The notes below the pieces were generated by a model, which worked only from the letters and a program-made list of their open reading frames with translations, made no database searches and was not told where the DNA came from. A stretch of DNA of 54,807 nt, the filler included, from Diploschistes diacapsis (lineage: Eukaryota): the NCBI GenBank assembly GCA_023645945.1. It is 4 parts of 4 records of this genome, joined end to end, with 100 filler letters (N's around TTAATTAATTAA, not from the genome) between each part and the next. Parts side by side here need not be neighbours in the genome. Positions count along the whole stretch, not along the records: positions 41,204 to 54,807 come from JALAIB010000642.1; 3 more parts are not named here. The stretch is one strand, 5' to 3'. The position numbers and the translations under genes are program-made. Positions 48,930 through 54,807 of the stretch are shown piece by piece (the first letter of the stretch is position 1; the number at the start of each line of letters is the position of its first letter).

Positions 48930-50618
48930 TGCATTTGCTACCTCTAGTCGAAGAACCCCGGTCGGAGCTCAAACAAATCATGAATTCAAAGTATAGTTAT
49001 CTATTCAAAGTATAATCAATTCGACGTTTGAAAAAGAGGCCATTTCGAGCCGACAGAGCATCTGCCACTCGCTATGGAGACTTACAAAAGATCAAGGGAT
49101 AATCGTTCCTTTTGGGCTATAAAAGTATGCATAAGCCTCTGGAACGAGGGCCAATATAGGACTGAAGCTTCTCTCCAATCCTGTGTAATAGGGCAGGATA
49201 GCACACAGTTATTATGCCATATATTCCCCCTTCTTCAGACCAACCTTTTAGCGCCGCCCTCTCTAAAGACCCTAGCTCCTGCCCTCCCATCTCCAACTTT
49301 CCCTCGACTTCTATTTCTTACTTGCCCAATTCGCTTAGATCCACCTTCTTGAGCCTACAACATCATTATCGGCCTTTTCCCCAACTCGGTCGACTTACCT
49401 TCCAGCTCCCCCCCCTGATTTGTCTCGACCTGCTACGGATAGGTATCAAATTATAGAGGATGGGAAGAACCATAAATACTCAGTCAGGGTTTGACTGTCA
49501 TTCGAAGATTCTGAACTACGACTTTGTACATGATTATGCTGATGAGTAAAAGCCCAGGGATCGACTATTCCGATGAATGAGCATGCATGCTTTGCGATGA
49601 AGCTTGCTCTTTTGTGAAATAATCGCTAACTCACTTAGGAGAAGAAGTATTGCATACCTCTAACTTTAGGTGACCTCTAAATGCCGGTGTTTCCAAGTTC
49701 GAGTAACGAGTAACGTAGTAGAATACTCATTAGATGAATTTCCTTATATCCATAATAGGCACTAGTTAAGTTAAGAGCCCTTTCTTAGTAATGCATACAT
49801 GCCAAGATCGGAGGCCCGTGCTGGCATCAGGGGTCGTACAATATCAATATCTCTGATATCAGACAGATCTCCCACTCTTCCCAATCTTCCATGTAAGTTG
49901 TTAATGCTCAAGCTATCTCTTTCATCTTCTTGCCGTTGTATGGAGCATTCTATCATTTGGAGCTTGGTGTCTTGCTGTGGTGGTTTTTGCAGATGTCCCG
50001 ACACATTCACGTCACGTTTCTGCCACGGACTTTCAGCCTCAAGATTAACAGCCCGTTAACGCATCAGGAATCTTGCGGGAAAGAGTTCACGAAGGTTCAT
50101 CCTGTATCAGCGTCTAATCCAGCTGTAGCGTGACTCAAAGGTCAGCCCTATGAGAATCTCTGTCCAGCTTCAGTCCCGGCTTCTGTCCACAATCTACTTT
50201 CCATCGGCATCTCCATCCCCTCCGGAAAACCCACAGATGTGATTCAGAGAACTCGGTCAAGCAAAAAACAAAGCTTTCTAGGTCTCCGAACATCCATATA
50301 CTACTCCGGGCGCTTCTTGGCTACTTGTCTGTGTCCCATACATTCCGGCCATGTTGCTGTCTGGTCACTTTTCCAGACCTTTTGGGTACTGCTCTTGGAC
50401 GTGGTGATTCTCCCTCTTTGAGGTACTGGGTAAGTCTACAGGATTTCTCTGCAAGGTCACACAAAGCATTATCCGTCCATTCCTTTCCTTTAGACAAGCT
50501 ACTCCTTTCTCTGGTCCTTCTCTATCTGTCCCCATTCCCTTGGGCAGAAGCTTCTAAAGATCTTGCCTTGTTCCGACGTTTTCCTAGTTTGCGCTATCGC
50601 TCCTATCGTATTTCCAAA

Positions 50619-53600
50619 ATGCCGTTCTGGAATAGACGAGCCAGAAGCGATGCTAACGCACGACCAAGGAGACGATATTACCGTTCACACCGCGGTTAGT
50701 CAAGACCAAACCCCTTGCAAGAGCTCTTGATTTGCACTCTGTCCAGTTTCTGTTGCTCTTCCATTACGCTAGTGATCACAGCTTGCTGCAGTGTGATCCG
50801 CCTGTAGGGGTGTTCCCACCTGCTTGTCAGGGCGCTGCAGCATCAACATTATGCGCACTATCAGAAAGTCCGGTGTTGTTGAGGAAGAGAGACCCAGAGA
50901 AATCTAGACTTCGAGCCCATGCGTCCAGTCTATCGGAGCCCCAATGCTAATTATAGCTTCAGAGATCTTTGTTCAGAGTTACGACGGCGGCTTTAGCAAT
51001 ACCATTACTTGTTCGCATTATCACGAGCAAACCAACCTTTGCTACGACTACCCCGAGAACTGTGCAATTCAGGTTGTAAGTCTACTGATTAAGCAAGGAG
51101 GTCTCTAGCAGCAGATCCGCTGATGTCTTAACCAATGTAGAGGCCAAGAGAAGTGCGGCCCCGATCGCCCATCTATTCATCAAGGTCCGCAGTGCCGGCG
51201 AATTACGGACGCCCTCTCACATTGCTCGAGGCATTAAGAAGCATTGACAGAGAGACTGAGCAACGTGAAGGCACTCGACAATCAGTAACAGAAGAGGGCA
51301 GTGGCGTACAACCTGAGACACAGCAAGCCACATCTCAGCAGCCAGAAGCACTGGACGCACGCAGCATTGGCGAAATGTCAACTCATAGTATGCTCAGAGT
51401 AATTGCGGATGATAGCAGCCATGAATTCCGTCAGTCTGCGATCCAGGCGGCCACGAAGCAGCAGAAGGCTATCCGCGAAAACTGCAAGAAGAACGGAGAA
51501 GAGGCCCCGGACTACGAGCTCTTGGAGATGATTGGAAAGGGCGCCTATGGCCGCGTCTACAAGAGGTGAGATTCCGCGCGCGCCCCCTTTGGCCTCAATC
51601 AACACGAAGTTCTTCCATGCCTATCTGCTCATAGCTGACTCGCTGCAGTCGAGACACGCTATCAAACGCTACCGTGGCCATCAAGATTATTGACGCCGAA
51701 GCCATACCGGAGCAAGGGCTCAGGGATACGCAGAAGGAAATCGAAATCCTTCGTACGCTGCAAAAGAGTCATACCGTTAACGTCAATACTCTCGTAGACG
51801 CCTTTCCGGTCCTTTCTTCTCTTTGGATTGTCAGCGAGTATTGCCCGGGCGGAAGTCTTACGACTCTTCGTCGAGGTCAGAACAGGCTGACGGAAAACCA
51901 CATCCGACCGATTGCTCGTGAGCTCGCTTTCGCCTTGCGGTCAGTACATGAGGCGGGCATCGTCCATCGCGACGTCAAGTGTAAGTTACCCTTTCCATAC
52001 TCTCTGGCGCGTGCTATGCAGGACACTTAGTTTTCTTTCAAAGGTTCCAACGTGATGGTCCACGAGAATGGGAGCCTCCAGCTTATTGACTTCGGTGTTG
52101 CCGGCTTGATTCAGACGAATATGGAGGAGGACAAACGCACAACCATCATCGGAACGCCTCACTGGATGCCGCCCGAAATGCAAAAGAACGTCAAGGAAGT
52201 CGCTCATAGTTTCGAAGTGGACGTGTGGGCTTATGGAATTACTCTCTACGAGTGTGCGATGGGTGCTCCGCCGAATGCCTACAAGATGGGTCGTCAGCTC
52301 CAGAATGCAATCCGCCACTCACCTCCGAGGCTAAATCCACAGGACTATAGCGAAGAACTTTGCGACCTCGTAGCTTCCGCCTGCGAGCTCGACCCAAAGA
52401 AACGTCCCTCGATGGCTCAGCTCTGCGAGCACAAGTACATCGCGAACACGAGCGAAGAGCATCCCACTACCATTTTGAAAAATTTGGTGGAGCAATTCTA
52501 CAACTGGCAGTTCAAAGGCGGTATTCGTTCTTCTATGCTTGAAAACCCCCACAGCGCGGCTCCTATGATATTGTTGGAAGGCGACGATACCGAGTCGGAC
52601 TGGAACTTTAGCATGACTGACAAATTCGAGAAGCGGATGAGCAGCGTTTCCAATGAGCTGGACCTAAGCTTCACATTTCCTGGTCCTTCAGACAACAACA
52701 AGCCATTCGAAGAGGAGACCGTCAGGCAAGTGGACACAGCTGGCCGCACAAATGTCGCGCCGCGCCTCGCTGACCTTGACGACAACGCTCGCGTAGCTCG
52801 CGGTAAGCAAGCATTACAAGGCCTGTTTGAGGAGGAGCCTTCTCCTACACAGGACACTGGCAAGTCCGATCTACCATTCCGCACGGGCAGTGGCTCCTCG
52901 TCGCTACACCACAAAGAACTTTCCATCAACTCAAATAATGGACAGCCGATGATAAGTCTCAACAACCCGCCAAAACAAGCGAAGCGCGATACTCAGGCCT
53001 GGACCTTTGCGGATAACCAACCGCCACCACTTACAGACTCAAAGCGTGACACGCAAGCATGGACCTTTGCGAATAATCAGCCCCCTCCACTTAAAGAAGC
53101 AAGCTATGAAGGGCAATCCGAGTCGTTCACGTTTCCGTCCAGTTCGGACTTTCCTCCAGAACGTCCACAACTGAGGCACGCAGCCACAATGCCCACCACC
53201 GAGTCCGACTACTTTACGCGAAGTGAGAGTGAGCAAGCGGACCGCCGTGGAACACTTGACCTGGATGCGTTGTTGAACCCGGACCCTCCCGGTCTCAACG
53301 CTGCAAGTCGCGGGACTCTCGATCTCGATGCTCTTCTGAACTCGGAAAGTTTTGACACGGAATCTGCGAGCGGTGGCGAGTCCAGCTTCTTCTCAGCCAG
53401 GCCCTTTGCGCCAAGTCAACATGATCGGTTCACGGAAGAGCCTCTCGACTCCTTTGAGACTGCGATAGCGATGGGGGATCTCGACCCGAACACGGCCACG
53501 ATGCGCCCGTCGTTCTACTCAAGCACGCAGCTCGACCGCGACAACAGTTTCGCAGAGTTTGACCAGATCAACTCGACAACTGCCTCCTTCGCTGCGCTCA

Positions 53601-54154
53601 ACGGGCACCAATTCCCAAGTTTCATGACCGACCATGGCACCGAGTCACTCGCGAGTCAGACATCCACCCGTCTTCCATCTCCCGAGCCTGGCATGCTCAA
53701 CAACGCCGATCTCCCCCTCTCGCCTCCTCCCGCGTCTCCACCCCTTCCCAGTCAATTCGGAGGACAACCGGTTACGAACGGCATGAACGGGCTGGCCGCC
53801 CGGTGGAACTCAAACTCGCCCCACCAGGACGGCTGGTACCCCCGCCCGCCGCGCCCCGAGACCATGGTGCCGGATGCTCCGCAAGATCTGATGCTGGAGG
53901 AACTGGTCTTTCAGGCCAACCAGCTGATCGAGGCCCTAGACCGCTGGGGCGAGGGCCTCGATGCATGCAGCGACAATGGAGGCGATGTCAGCGGCGACGA
54001 AGATGACGACGAGGACGAGGACGAGGACGATGATGGGGGAAGCGAGGAGGCGGGAGACGAGGATGAGAGCGAGGGCGAGGGCGAGTACTTTGGTAGCTCG
54101 TTCGACGAGGGGACTGGGGAGAGCGAGGAGGAGGAGAACGGCGAGTCTGAGTAA
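50619..54154 (+). CDS. KIC1: STE20/GCK-family kinase, Kic1/Nak1/POD-6-like; exons 50619-50694, 50957-51075, 51141-51565, 51649-51980, 52044-54154 (shorter alternative start ATG 51375)
   Basis: YELLEMIGKGAYGRVYK..VAIKII..KEIEIL..LWIVSEYCPGGSL..IARELAFAL..IVHRDVKCSNVMV..LQLIDFGVAG..KRTTIIGTPHWMPPE..EVDVWAYGITLYE. N-terminal kinase domain with a long low-complexity tail. Confidence is high for the core and moderate for the first two exons. Confidence 0.88.
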
Positions 54155-54397
54155 GCAGCTCGCGATACAGTGGAAGGGTGACTTCAAGGTAGATACCCAG
54201 TCGATCCAGGCTCCGAGCGAGAAGTGTATTTTTAGCAAGATGCGTGCGGATAATGCGATGGAATGTCCTGACGGTGTAAGTGCGACGTGTGCCTTTCCTT
54301 TCTGTTGCCTCATTGCAAGCTTTGAAAGCTCGAAGGCCAAGCTACAGTTGAAATATCTTACACGTAGGATGAAATCAGATATGCGTGAGAATAAGCT

Positions 54398-54807
54398 TCT
54401 CTCTCTCTCTCTCTCTCTCTCGCTCTCGCTCTTGCTCATACCACACACATAATCTCTTCTCTTCTCTTCTCTTCTCTTCTCGTCCAGGGGGCTAGCCAGC
54501 ACCGGGGCATCCGTCCATGCCCCGTGCTTGGAAACTTGCCGCAAGATGCCAGATTTCATATATATATCTTATTTTCTATCATGTATCTACCCAAAAAGGA
54601 CCCAACCAACCCCCTTCCGAATCTTTTTTTCTCAAAACGTAGATGAATATTCTCTCGTCTCTCTCTCTCCGACATGGGATCTTTGACGTAGATCTTGGGG
54701 ACGGGGGGGAAAATAAGATAAAAAACCTCGGTGAAAAAGAATAGCTAAGAAAAAGGAAAAAAGGTAGGTAGGTAGGTAGGTAGGTAGGTAGGTGGGCAGG
54801 TAGGTGG
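54398..54807. repeat. Simple-repeat-rich contig end: (CT)n, (TCTCT)n and terminal (GGTA)n
   Basis: Read directly near 54399-54420, 54453-54480 and 54763-54793. Confidence 0.85.

Noticed and set aside
49214..49460. Minus-strand intron-like GTAAGT..TTGTAG (49398-49355) followed by LKKVDLSELGK*EIEVEGKLE..
   Set aside because: Possibly another decayed gene, but the family is unrecognised and the segment too short to call.
49520..49620. TGATGA-like words suggesting a box C/D snoRNA
   Set aside because: No properly placed box D, terminal stem or identifiable rRNA guide.

Overview
Intron-rich genomic DNA from a filamentous ascomycete (Pezizomycotina). The window is almost certainly not one locus. 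It is four contigs of 13654, 13639, 13610 and 13604 bp, in strictly descending size order, joined by identical 100-bp N44-TTAATTAATTAA-N44 linkers, so adjacency across the gaps means nothing. Contig 1: MID1, COQ8, FAP7/AK6, HAM1, and a truncated sucrose/alpha-glucoside transporter. Contig 2: a truncated alpha/beta hydrolase, ECM29, and a Zn2Cys6 transcription factor whose zinc cluster is split over micro-exons. Contig 3: a truncated ARG2, a ~7.5-kb gene-poor stretch, and an NDT80-family transcription factor. Contig 4: a lipocalin-like protein, two small Gly-rich proteins, CMK1, a ~3-kb island of decayed genes (kinase-like, AAA+ ATPase, an uncharacterised fungal family), and a KIC1/Nak1-like kinase. 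The two best unannotated signals are a 265-bp tRNA-headed SINE-like element with a 10-bp flanking direct repeat (42767-43031, minus strand) and a ~394-bp MITE-like element with ~42-bp inverted repeats in the MID1/COQ8 divergent promoter. All exon models were read by hand from splice signals and reading frame, and family calls rest on recalled motifs, not database searches.
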